Assembly (NCBI GenBank): GCA_040954595.2
Contig: CM082577.2
Coordinates: forward strand, 16,933,903-16,997,902
Direction: 5' to 3'
DNA: 64,000 bases
Origin: Balanoglossus misakiensis
Taxonomy: Eukaryota > Animalia > Hemichordata
Part shown: positions 12,401 to 24,425 of the stretch, piece after piece
Layout: each line of letters starts with the position of its first letter
How positions within the stretch are numbered: position 1 is the first letter of the stretch
Notes under the pieces: generated by a model
What the model was told of the DNA's origin: nothing
Seen by the model: the letters and a program-made list of their open reading frames with translations, nothing else
Databases searched by the model: none
Translations under genes and position numbers: made by a program

Positions 12401-13953
12401 AGGTAATTTGACCCAACAGCATAAAGTAAACAAGAAAGAGAGACTCTAACCCCTCTGTAAACAGATCCTTGCAGAAGATAGAAATTCTGACCTTATAAAA
12501 TATAAATAACAGAGAAAAAAATCAAGTGCTCAACTCAGAAGTGGTTGGATATTCATTTGAATTTTTCAGCTCAGAGTTTTAATTTATGAAGATACATGTA
12601 GGCCTACATGTACACGTATAAAATAATAGGTGTAGAAATATTAAATGATTGCTAGGTGTGTCATGGAAAATTGATGATGTGAACTGTGAAACTTTTATTT
12701 CACTGGCTTACAGATACATGTACATTGTACCGGTATATGTACAAATGAGCTTTGGCTTCAGGAAACTTTCAGCATTAACTGAGGTGAGTGAATTGAAGAT
12801 TTATAACAGATGAACATTTTCAAAATGTCAGATGCACATATGGCAGTTAAGATTAACAGAGCACTTTAGTTTCTGAAACAATTTGTTAAGGTTTGGTTTC
12901 CCTGGAAACATGATGGCCATTTTGTCTAATACTAAGTACCAGGCAACATCATTTAATAGACAGAATTAAAAGCACATCCGAGATTATTTAAAGCTTAAAT
13001 TTTGTATCTAGTTGCAGCTTATGGGTCTTTTTAGCATGTTCACCCCCAATGCCCCCTTTAGAGGTCAAACCTTACCATAGAAAACAATGGGTTTGGACTG
13101 GACCATGTTGGTGAAGGAATTAAACCAGTACCAGTACAATCAATATACACGTAAATGTGCAAATAAAGCTCCTTACATGAAAAGAATAACAGAAAGAATG
13201 TCACAAACAGAGGCACCGTTCCTTGAATAGAACATAAGAAGCCTCAAACTATATTTACCTGTGTATAGTCTCCTCATCTTGGTAATCATCATATAATTGG
13301 AATGTTTTCTGGGTATGGTGACCTCCATTGTCTGAAACGTCAACATTGTTGTCTCTTGATTTCACCATGACAATGGGTGGGTCATTGTCCATGCCACTGT
13401 TTGACGAGCTTCCAAACTCTGACTGGGGTCCTGAATGGACATACAGGTCAAGGGGTGAATCCCCCATGAGGGGAGGGGTGGGTGGGACCTCCTCCAGGCA
13501 GCCTTCCTGGTCAAGATCTGACGGAACGGTACCTGTTGGAGTGACGCCATTCTGAATGATTTGTAGCGGAATATCAGTTGGATAGTCCGAGGAAGACGGC
13601 TGGTCCCCATGGTTATTGTCTAGTTGCAATGGTTGTTTGATGATCGAGGCATTGCTTCTGCTGTATGAGAAAGCCAGCGTACCCAAACAGGACATCATGC
13701 AAAATAACAATCCCAGAGAAAGTTCCACCAAACCCACCACCTGCACAAATTCATCATCATCTATAACATACCCTTTCAATATGACAAAGATGCCAATGAC
13801 GGTCAATGATACTCCCAGAGTAAGGAAACAAATTATGATCATGCAGACACCGGAGCAATCGCCCGTGAAACAGTCAAAGCAAGGGCAGTTCCTGGACCAA
13901 CACGTTTTGAAGCCTCTCCACAGGCAACAACACGTACACGACGACGTTGACAT
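9421..13953 (-). CDS. 260-aa membrane protein: Cys-rich N-terminus, two TM helices, Pro/acidic cytoplasmic tail ending DAEDDELI. join(13953..13259, 9508..9421)
   Basis: The 232-aa ORF ends across donor CAG|GTAAAT at 13259 (phase 2). Acceptor ccttgcAG at 9508 continues in frame RLSTDNLESKSKSLRSEVSLVDAEDDELI*. Two hydrophobic stretches: VCMIIICFLTLGVSLTVIGIFVIL and VVGLVELSLGLLFCMMSCLGTLAF. A at -3 of the ATG. Confidence 0.85.
10231..11049 (+). mobile_element. Bipartite hairpin + inverted-repeat-module element (Crypton-like, non-autonomous)
   Basis: Hairpin 10235-10400 (ATATAATTCCCCCGTAT...ATACGGGGGAATTATAT), 2-nt spacer GT, module 10403-11049 bounded by TTATCACATACATAGATCCGC / GCGGAGCTATGTATGTGATAA. 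CpG-rich against CpG-poor flanks; no TSD. Confidence 0.85.
11057..11193. mobile_element. AcademH-type MITE (137 bp)
   Basis: TIR TAGACTCTCTCACAGC / GCTGTGAGAGAGTTTA; 9-bp TSD ATTAGCATG (right copy 11194-11202; left copy interrupted by the 10231-11049 insertion). Confidence 0.75.
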
Positions 13954-14745
13954 ATTTACACCTGGACTGCAAAGTTTTTATGAAAGACCAACTTAGTTTT
14001 CCTCTTGCAGACACATCCTCTACAAAGTGCACAGTAACATTGTCTTGGAGAACTCCGGCTGGTTTCTTGCGATAGTCACCCATACACACAGCGGCACAAT
14101 AGTGTTCTGGTAGTCTGAGGTCCAATAGACAAACAGGTCTCGAAGACTTTAGCATTGGTGAGATTGCAGATTCACTGTTTGATGTCCAGGTGATTCTTCA
14201 GCACTCTCCACGTAATTCCTGCTGATGTAAAAGAATGAAATCAAAATCTGATAGCTTAAGACTGCTTTTTCTGTTATTTTGAAATATGCTAACTTGTCTG
14301 TCATATCAAATGCAGTGTGAAGTGAACCATTGCTGGCAGATTCGGTACAAGTTACAACTATTGACTTCTTCAAAAATCATAAATGATTTCATTAACTGGT
14401 TCTAGTAAAGCTACTGTCTCCAAAAGTAATTTGTGCACAAACTTGTAATATTTGATTTAGAATAGGTATGCAGTTTGTGAAGGTATCATCCATGAACATG
14501 TCCAAAAAATCATTCAGACATCAGCTCATTTTGTTGTCTCACACATACTCAACCAACCCACTATAGTATTCAATAATTAATCAACTGATAATTGAGTGAC
14601 CTACCAATTAACTGACTGATCGATCAATTGATCAATCATCACTGAATCAATCACTCATTCAAATGACAGACTGATCAATTTATTTTTAAACAAGCTATTC
14701 ATTTGATCATGAAAAACAATTATTACTGCTGACAACCATATTTAA

Positions 14746-15080
14746 AGGGACACTGGCTGTATCTTTGGCTTTATTTCCTGTATTTTTGTTCTGTGTACCA
14801 AATGCAATTTCTCGTTCTACTCCAAACAGCATGCTAGTGTACCCAGTATTCTGCTTGTTGCCATAGCCTGTATGTGTGTAATGGCCATTGTTATTGTTGA
14901 CAAATTAATTCTAGTCCAGACTTAAATTCAAATTTTGCATCAATGCTGACTACACATATATGTTGTGTTGATAAGCAAAATGCTTGGCATTTCATCATGT
15001 TTCAGAAATTTGAACAAGAAACTGCAGTAGATACACATAACAAAAATACTGAAAACATAGCAAAAAGTTACAGCTATGGT
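14746..15080 (+). mobile_element. Kolobok-type MITE copy B
   Basis: Starts TTAA|AGGGACAC; internally palindromic ends; homologous in inverted orientation to 9968-11288. Confidence 0.75.
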
Positions 15081-18000
15081 ATAGGGAGGTAAATGACTGT
15101 TTTCAATACTCATTAATAAAAGTGACATTTAACAACAAATTCTGACGCTATCATTAAATTATCTAAAAACTCTAAATTCTTTTAAGGGTTTAATTTTATG
15201 AATGAAATACCAGTAAACTAAGGTTGTGATTTTAGCATTAAAAAAAGGGCCACACAGGAAATCAATTGCCCCAAATTAAATTTGATTTTAATTTTTTTCA
15301 CATGGCAATAAATTCAACAATACGTTTAACGTTACTAACTGGCAAGCTAATGTAATGTACATGTAATAATGGGATAGATACAAACACAAAATATTGTTTC
15401 AATACTTTTACTCTCTTTGTAATGAAAGAGTAATGAGATCATGGGAAATTTTTATACTTTAAGTCTATTTACAGCTATTGTTGTTTTTCAAGTTACCTGT
15501 ATGTGAGTCACAATATGCAGATAGTACTCTTTGTGAGGCAATTCTAATTGAGCTAAAAAACCAAGATGATGATTATCCATTCATAAATGTACTAATAAAC
15601 AATAAACATCTTATGTCGTTACCTAGTATACGCTTGTGTACACTGTACATGTATGTACATGTATGTGTGATTACAGCTGTATGATGAGAGTATATCACAG
15701 TCGAACACCACATATTACAACAACACCAGGACTCTGGTAACTGGAAATGACTTTACCATGCTGCTTACAGCATATGTGGTGTGACATGTCACACACTGAA
15801 TTCATATCAAATGTTCAGACAAAATCTAAGAATTTTCTGCTGCCAGGATGTAATCAAGAGAAATGTCTCATTTGCATGACATGATTTTTTGAAGATTTGG
15901 CTTCGACATATGATTGTACAGTAAACACTGTTAGGTTGCTATGGTACCAAGGTGTAACTATGGAGGCTTCCAAACGGCAAAGGATCAACACTGTCTGCAA
16001 TCGTAGACCACAAAACTATCTCATTATAGCCATAATATTTCACCATAGTTGCTTGTTTTGACACCTCCACAGTAAAATGCTTTTGCAACCAAACTATAAA
16101 CTCATGAATCATAAAAAAAAGCATGACAAAATGTCTACACAAAAATTTACTACAGCCTCCAAAATAAATACTATATAGTTTTGGGGAAGATGATTGTGTT
16201 TACTCAAAAGTTAATACCGGTACTACATTTATCTAAATGCAGTTCAACATTTTAAAGAAAAATACTTGCAGTTAAACATTTTAGATTTAATGGTTGAAAA
16301 TCAAATTCAGACTGTTTTCTTAAAGTGATGCTATTTCAGTTGATTTTTTTGTCACATGACCTCAAAAGATACCTGTAATAATATGAAAAGTGAAAACAAC
16401 TTATTGGCTAACGATGCATGATATTTAGAGGTTGAATGAGTTGTGAAATCTTTACAAATTACAGTTACTGAAACGTGTATACTAAGATAATTCATGACAT
16501 CATCACATAAACATACTTGAGAATTTCAATGTAGTTACTCTTCAGACACAAATTCATAATGGCTATTTTTGTACATGGTATTTGCCCACATTGCCCCATC
16601 TCCTCCCCGTTTTAAAATCCTAGAAAAAACACTGATTACATGTAGGCACCAAATTTGGGCTGACCTTCAGTCTACTTTTGAAGATTAAGATAATGAGTAT
16701 AATCCAATTAATCACTTGATCATTCAGCTTTCCTACCTACAGTATTTTAAATCAGTGTTTCATTTTAAGGTATTACAGAGCATTGACAGTGAAGGCAAGG
16801 GCTTCTTTGTTGCCATAGATAGGATACAAATTTGTTGCTTGTGTGTGGTATTGATAAAAGATATTTTAAAAGCAAAGTAAGTTGGGTTGTAGAAAAGGTT
16901 TTAGTGGATGGAAATGATGGGTTTCATCGGCTGTTCCCTGTAGAACTATGTTCACTAATGACCACCCATCATAACAGCAATGACAATTAAATTATAGTTT
17001 AGATCTGACAAAGATGGGCTGTGCCATGAACGATATTCGTATTGAGAATTACCACCTGGCCAGTGCTCTCAGTGACAAAATACAGCCATTTACCAATATC
17101 CCCAAACATACATTGTACATACATTGTAAGACATACATGTATATAGGAGTACATAGACCATTTCTGGTGTGTACATTTCTGCAAAATCACTTGAAGAATG
17201 AAGTAAGAAATCTTATTTTGTACTCTGCTGGAGACAAACATGTCAGAAGATGCTAGTGTGCGTGTCATTTCCAGTGATATGGAATCAACACTGCAACTCA
17301 TCCTTGAGACGCATGCACCATCTGCATCACGTAGCTTGGATGTCTTAGTATCTGATGTCCCACTCTTGAATAATAGCATGCCTTTAGGGCAACAGCTCCC
17401 TCATAACTATGGTAACATGTGCATCATGATCTAGCATTTCCAGATTTCCTTTAATGATGTACCATAGGCATTCCACAAACCACGACTGTACTAATCAGGG
17501 CAGTCATTAATGCATGTAATCTTCACTCGCCCCTTTTCCTCCAGAATAAAACACATGAAAGATGAATATGACATGGTGCGGAAAACTGGAAATAATACTT
17601 TTGGTGGCAAAGCAACAGCAAAACACTGGAAGTTTATAAATAATTTTGGCAAAATTGACTACTGCCACATTGCTAGTGAGATACAATGTTGGTGTCTATG
17701 TGTTAGAACCACCCAAGAAACTGGTAATTACTTTCAACCTAATCATTCAAACATTTATAAATTTCTGCAATTTTATCAAGTGTCAAGAATTATGATTTAT
17801 CACCGCATTAATTCCAGTAAATTACTTCTAATAATGCATGTCACAACTACCATAATTTTATTGGATTAAAATTCCCCTGGGGATGTAGTGAACCAAACTG
17901 TACGGTGAATGCTTCTGCATTTTGGAGCTAATGTCTTAAAAATGGTCTACTATGCAAATGAAAAAAAAAAAACTAAATTGCATTGATTTAATATTTTTAA

Positions 18001-18860
18001 GTGAAACAAATGGACATATTTGCTTCAGTTATTTTTATCTATAAAGGATTAGAAAGTTAGGGAAGCAGAGCTTTCTTCAGTACTGCTAGTAGTAGAAGCT
18101 CTTATGCAAGTTACTTTTACATGTAACTATACATGCTACACCACACCAACACCATTCTTATCAGCTCTTCCCATAGAAATGTGCCATACCAAATGAACTT
18201 GTTCAACATTTAGATTTTGAAGTTTCAATTTATACAGTACTCAGTGTTTCCGCGATAGGTCACTGAGAATACTAATAATATCCAAACTGACAAATGAAGT
18301 ATTTTTGAACAATGATTTTTTTACAGCCAATGACTACATGTACACCATATGATATATATGCCACACGGCACATACAAAGTGATAAGGCTAATTTGAATGG
18401 ACATTCAACGAAAAGGAATAAAAACCTCCATGAATTATATCACATGGATTTATCTTTGTTTGTCGTTGTTGGTGCCTTGGTGGTGTACATGTATGGGAGT
18501 ATTATGGAAAAAAATGAACAACAGAAATTGAACTATGTCTAGAGTTTATTGTATGAACAGTGATTTCTTTGTAGTTCAATTCAGCTACGATTCACGATCA
18601 GTAGGTCAAAGTGACCAGATGTTTTCGTTGACATTACCTGCAGAGGTTTAGTTTTGGTGTGGTAGTGTACTATTATGCCATGGGATATATGAGGTCATTG
18701 AGAGGTGAACTTTTACTCTCACTATCTGTGCCCGCAAATAAACAACATTTTTTAAAACTTTGAGTGAATTTGAGGATTTCTAGAAATTTCTCTGCGTCAG
18801 CCCCTATATCTTTGCATGTAGGGTGGATAATTTTCTTTGAGTCAGCAGTGAGTTTGTTGT

Positions 18861-18980
18861 GTACATTGAAACCTGTCTATTAAGGACACCTCTGGGACTG
18901 GAAAATGTGTCCTTAATAGACAGGTAATATTCTATTCACACTGTGACTTTTGTCTTGAAAAATCTGTCCTTAATAGAGAG
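18861..18980. mobile_element. Tc1/mariner-pogo-like MITE fragment
   Basis: ACCTGTCTATTAAGGACAC / GTGTCCTTAATAGACAGGT inverted pair plus a further TGTCCTTAATAGAGAG subrepeat; begins TACATTGAAACC. Confidence 0.5.
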
Positions 18981-19310
18981 TAAAAGTACACAACTACATG
19001 TATCATGGTATGCACACTTGGGTATTCAAATGACAACTAAGTCACAATAATGCCATTTGTTGGCTAAGGATATGGAGAAAATTGAAATATTTTAGAGATT
19101 AAAATATGGGAAAGTGACAGCTCTTGGGGCTTTAAACAGTATGCTTAGATTGGTTTATTATTTAATATCAACCACGTGATTTGGCCATGTGACCCTCGGC
19201 ATTGCCATTTCCAGGTGACGGGCAAACAATATTTCGGCATCCAGTAAGTTTTTCCGCGTATGTTTATACTTTAGAACCACCAGACATGTAGCATGTATAC
19301 GGCATGGTAC

Positions 19311-19378
19311 CTCATCAGCATCTTGGTGTCTGTCTGCACAGCCATCGTCTTCATCACGTTGCTAAATTTGCCCGTCAG
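19311..19378 (-). other. Probable 68-nt leader exon of the 9421-13953 gene
   Basis: Acceptor aatttccAG at 19378 and donor GAG|GTACCA at 19311; locally higher GC and CpG. Confidence 0.5.
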
Positions 19379-20657
19379 CTGGAAATTTGAATGCCAACGG
19401 AACTGCATCTGATGTCATTTGATATCGAAAAATTGTGCATGTCAACGTGTATAGGGATAGTTACTCCAAACTGGATAGATGTTAACCCAAAACTTCCCAT
19501 ATTAGTAGACATTCAACATACTGCCACACCAAAACTACATGTGTATGTCTCTACAGCTACATTTACACTGATATATGATGTGATTGGCTGTCATGAATGA
19601 TTGTTATCAGCTCCAGCTTTATCAGATGAATTAGTATTTGACTCTCCTGGGGTGAAAGTGTTCACTTTCCCGTGTTTGAGAGACTGCAGTTGACCCTGCC
19701 ACTCAGTCTACATGTATGTACATACATATACACTCTCATGTCACTGAGCAGCATCACATGGCACACCAGAGTTTTAATATATTTCTAGGAACTTCTTGGA
19801 ATCTAGTCATCTACATTTGTATGCCTATTCAATTTAAATATCAGTTTTTCTGTTCACACAACTGGACATCTGGGGATGGGCTGGCATAGTAGAAATTCAG
19901 TCTAAACTATGCTTATGACCAAGTTCTACTGTACCAGATACAGGAGTGTGATTTACTATAGTGGAATATGTTATTTTCACTGGAATTTATCTTATATGAA
20001 AACATTATAAATTTGACAATGAATGTGATTTAATATTCACCATTTCTGCATGCAAGTGTGTAAAGAATGGGAAAGAAGAAGTGTCACTGGGATTTTATCT
20101 TAAGCAGAAAAGTTGTTCCGGCAAAAATAAATTTCCAGTGAAAATTTTAGTATTCTACAGTATATGAAACTTAGTGTTGGTTGCACGGGTATTTAACATA
20201 GAAATTTACCTAAAATAAGAATTATGGGGTGAGCTGTACTATGTTATATCACCAACCATTTCCACTAACACATATGGTCCATATAAAGGGGTTGTTGTTG
20301 TGCCAACTCTGTGCGCACTGGCATTGTGCACTGGTGTAGGAAAGTAAGACAAGAAGAAGGAAACCTCCAAGGGTCATTGATCGACACGATAATGAAAAGG
20401 TCGTGATTTACTAATTACTAAGTGGAACCTGGCCGGATACGGGAGGGTGTTTCAATTCTGTCGACATTTTGCAGTCTTCGTTCAATCACATCCAATGTCA
20501 ATGCAAATGATAATGAAAGATCATCAGTAATATAGTCGTCATGGTGATAAGGTTGGTTACAAATATTGAAAATAACATAATGTTAGCGCATCCAAACTCA
20601 AAAGGCAAACAGAAGGTCTCAGAATAAACCTGCACTGGAGATCGGTATTCTACTTAC

Positions 20658-21110
20658 ACGGCACTGGATGAGAGCATGTGACAACAGCTACCACAAGGGA
20701 GAACAGAATGAAGTAGGAGGGAGAGTCTGAGAGTCGAATCATCGATAGCAACCCATGAACATCTTGGATAAGTTGTCATCATCACAGCCGTAAAAGTTGG
20801 AGGACGCTGGTTTATCTGGTAAATCGACAGCACGGCTGGGTGAAGAAACGGTCGCCAAATTTAGTTCTCTCCACTTGAGAATATTCTCAGACGTCCATGA
20901 TATATTAGAGTGCGTTATCAACGCACAAGAAATCACCAAACAATGTTGTACTCAGCCGAGTCTCAGTAAATGTATGTGTACCGGTAAACAATTCCTGTGC
21001 GCTGCCATGAAATGCTCGCCTTCGGCTGATGACCTCCAAACGACCTTTGACCTTCGAACCTAAAATTCGTAGCGCCCCCAACGTAGATTGAACGTACGCG
21101 TGTAAAATCA
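20658..21110 (-). promoter_or_regulatory. CpG-retaining first exon/promoter region of the 9421-13953 gene
   Basis: Consensus donor GTAAGTA at 20657. CpG density rises sharply from ~20380 relative to the CpG-poor gene body. TSS not determinable. Confidence 0.5.
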
Positions 21111-21839
21111 TGATAAATTATCCCAGTGACAATTATTTCAGTAAAAGTTGACTTTTCAAAAATTTTACTGCTTTATACGAATATCAGGCGGTTATTTTAT
21201 CATTCAGTTTTGTGTTCCAAAAAATTACATGAATTATTTCATTATTTCAATTATTTCATTTGAGTGGAAGTTTGAAACATCTACCTTCTCTTTATCAGAA
21301 GATTCTTCTATCATTAAATTATTTTATCACTTCGTTATTTCGCCCAGTAGGTCCGCTACACACTAGAGCCCGATCATACTCTAAGTGTAGCGATCTCACA
21401 TTTTAAATTTGATTACTTTCCAAGAAATTTACAAGGCACATCTGCTTCAAGAGGGCATTAAATAAGGCTGATTTCTACATATGTGCGACCTCGGTTATTC
21501 ATGCCAAGCATTTTTTTGCTTGATTTTTTGTTTACAAAAAAGGGACAAACATAGTGACGGAAGCTGCATTCTATAGCTTCATGCATGATATGACAGGGAC
21601 AATTTTCCAATATAGGGCACGGCATTGTTAGCACATCCGACGTTACCGTGATGCAAGTCTGCGCGTACAAACAATGCGTAACCACTCACTGAGAGATGTT
21701 CAGACCAATAAAAAAAATGGCCCTTGCCATGCCACTGGGGTAAAATACCAGATTCGGCGCTTCCCCCGTGATTTAAACTGTTTAAAAGTGTTGACTTCAT
21801 GCTAGTAACCGTGCTTCATGCATATTTTAATAAGTCACT

Positions 21840-22790
21840 TTTGATAAAATCAGTACGTTGTCGCAATTGGTTATATACGCTGACGACTCGTCTCTTCTCA
21901 TTTCTGGCAGATGAGATGTTCATTACGTTCAAGCTTAGTCTAGAATCTATCCGTTCGTAGTCGCATTCACCCTACTACCGTCTAGGAACGCATAACCAAA
22001 ATCTAGTAAGGCCATAAAAATGGTAATTTGAATGTGAATAGTCTCCAACTGAGCAATCTGACGTCAAGCGTCACCACGTGATCATGATTATGTATCATTC
22101 GGGGCGGAGCTACATGCGAATTTCCCGCGATTGTCAACGCAGCCGCAACATGTGCCATAATTGGGCATATATGAATAATAATGAAGAAACACCCATGCCA
22201 TCAACGGCCAATCAGTAGTCGGTCAACGTAAGTGATTGACTTCTCTGACGTCAGACTGCTCAGTTGGAGACTATTCACATTCAAATTACCATTTTTATGG
22301 CCTTACTAGATTTTGGTTATGCGTTCCTAGACGGTAGTAGGGTGAATGCGACTACGAACGGATAGATTCTAGACTAGTTCAAGCTGAATTTGGCAAGGAT
22401 CTGCCCATGTTGGAGAATGGTTAATTGACAATAAATTATATTTTCACCTCGGGGAAACTGAATCCATTGTGTTGGTTCCAACTGAAAACTAATACAATAC
22501 TCGCAGATGCAAGTTTTACTGTGGAGATGTCAATATCACTGCTATTTGGATTATGCCAGCTCACACTGGTATAGTGCCGCGACGTTTAAAAGCAAACAAA
22601 AAACTTCAGAAAAACTGCTGAAAATGAAGTCATTTCTTGTGTTTTTGATATGTCACCGCGCGCTCATCCTGATTCTGTTCGTTTGACGAGCACCCCCCCC
22701 CCTCCCCTCATTGAAGGCTCACTGAGTGTCTCTCAGTTTGATCAGTTTCGAAACTATCATAGTATCATGAATAAGATGTTGGTTCGTTAG
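21840..22790 (+). mobile_element. Degraded CR1/L2-type LINE reverse-transcriptase fragment, interrupted by a MITE
   Basis: QLVIYADDSSLLISG (YADD motif near 21876) continues after the MITE as QAEFGKDL...VGEWLIDNKLYFHLGETESI with frameshifts. Confidence 0.75.
21936..22376. mobile_element. Young AcademH-type MITE (441 bp)
   Basis: 131-bp TIRs (21936-22066 / 22246-22376, one mismatch seen) starting TAGTCTAGAATC; perfect 9-bp TSD GTTCAAGCT (21927-21935 and 22377-22385). Confidence 0.92.
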
Positions 22791-22829
22791 CAAATTTGAC
22801 TTCCCAATGCAGTACCCTGGTTGTTCATG

Positions 22830-23736
22830 AAAGTCTGTTTGGAGGATCGGACATGTAGGCTATAGGTATGGGGCCCACTCTCCCAAGGATTCGACTGAAG
22901 TATTACTGGCATGGGATGTCAGTGGGCGTTCGTGCTCATGTTTGGTCATGTGATATTTGTGCAAAGAATAAATCGGGCGGAACAAAACACCAAGCCCCTA
23001 TGAAAACATACACAGTTGGTGCCTCACCAGAAAGAATCGCAATCGATGTTGTGGCTTCCTCGGTCTCAAAAAGGAAATCGAACGATATTGGTGGTGGTTG
23101 GATTACTTCATCAAAAGTGGACGGAGTCTTATGATATCCCCAATAAGGAAGCTCTCACTGTTGTCAGGGCCTTGTTAATAGACAATTTTGTACTCGCTTT
23201 GGAGCGCTATCGGTGATTTGGGCCTAAACTTTCTCTGAAATATTTTCAAAGAGATCACGTGGATTTTTAGGTGAAAAGAAAACATACCACGGGTCAATAT
23301 TCTATAATCGGGGTGGAGCTTTTAGCACTTGTAATTATATGCTAGGAAGATAAGACATTGTTGTTGAACTTTGCGCATTGCTCTCCACGTTGCAGTGATC
23401 TGAATTCGTGGTTTATTCGTCTTTATCCTTTTTAGGTTTTCGTCAAAACTTTTCCTCTCACGTGTGAAAACACTTTCTCGGTTTGTAAGCGATGAGAGGT
23501 AGGATTGTCGACTGATTGTTATAATTCTGAGGTTTTCTCTTAGTCTTTGTGTGACCGAAACGCCAAGGTCGGTCGAACACTGCATTTTACCAGCACATCT
23601 CTTCGCGCACGCCCTGCCGTGCGCACGGTAACTACGCCATCGTGCTACAATTTAGTTGCTTTCTGTTCCCAAGGTTCGTCATTTACTAGAGCTTGATAAT
23701 TTTTGGGGTCTCAGTCAGATTATAATTTCTGTTACA
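22830..23736 (+). mobile_element. Gypsy LTR retrotransposon relic: integrase fragment fused to a 5'-truncated 3' LTR
   Basis: RIRLKYYWHGMSVGVRAHVWSCDICAKNK (integrase Zn-binding region), PERIAIDVV, KWTESYDIPNKEALTVVRAL. ~23300-23736 is similar to the LTR at 31618-32232 and ends TGTTACA. Confidence 0.85.
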
Positions 23737-24100
23737 AACAGAGTACGCGTTATGCAAGAGTTGTATTAATGCATGTTGCAGAGCCGGACACCCATCAACC
23801 TACCTTGAACATTTGTAAATTAAGGTAATGTGTTTTAGAGAAAGCTTTAGCCTTGTTTCTACATTCAAACACAATTCATGACATGGTATATAAACACGAT
23901 GTACCTCTCAGAGAACATATCACCGATAGAAGCGAAGCAATAATCTGTCTTTAGATTTTGCCTATATGCTTCCTTTTTCCGTAGAGATTGATATATTGAG
24001 AGCGCCGAAGGTGGGCAGGGACAGGGTTAGTTCAAAACCTCTTATTCTTTTGCAAGAAGACCACACATCTTCTTTCGCAGATTTGCGATGATTGCCTTAA

Positions 24101-24425
24101 AGGGACAAAGTCTCTCTCTCTCGCTGCCCTTTTCCCATTAATTATGTTTGATACAAGACACAATTTATTCTTCATGTGGATATATAGTGAATCAATGTTC
24201 AACCACACACAACTTCCATCCTGTTTGTATGATATGAGAGTAAAAATCTCGCTAAAATGAATAAATGGTAAACACCGATTATTCATTTTGGCGAGTTTTT
24301 CACTCTTGTGTCTACAAGTGGGATGGAAGTTGTGTGTGGTCGAACGTTGATTCACTATATATCCACATGTAGAATAACATAACTGGTGTCTTGTATCAAA
24401 CATAATTACTGGAGACGTTGTCCCT
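24101..24425. mobile_element. Palindromic Kolobok-type MITE
   Basis: TTAA|AGGGACAA...TTGTCCCT|TTAA with long imperfect arms; partial second copy at ~57945-58140. Confidence 0.85.

Noticed and set aside
13328-13996. Plus-strand ORFs of 75 and 126 aa (also 25404-25607, 26073-26312 and 43885-44097)
   Set aside because: Antisense shadows of the better-supported minus-strand coding exons.
14149-14221. TGC-TGA in frame with the 93-aa ORF as possible selenocysteine
   Set aside because: No redox-motif context or recognisable SECIS, and the upstream exon phase does not lead into this frame.
18637-18727. Additional coding exon of the membrane-protein gene
   Set aside because: AG/GT sites exist, but splicing from the upstream exon hits stops at once; unsupported without RNA data.
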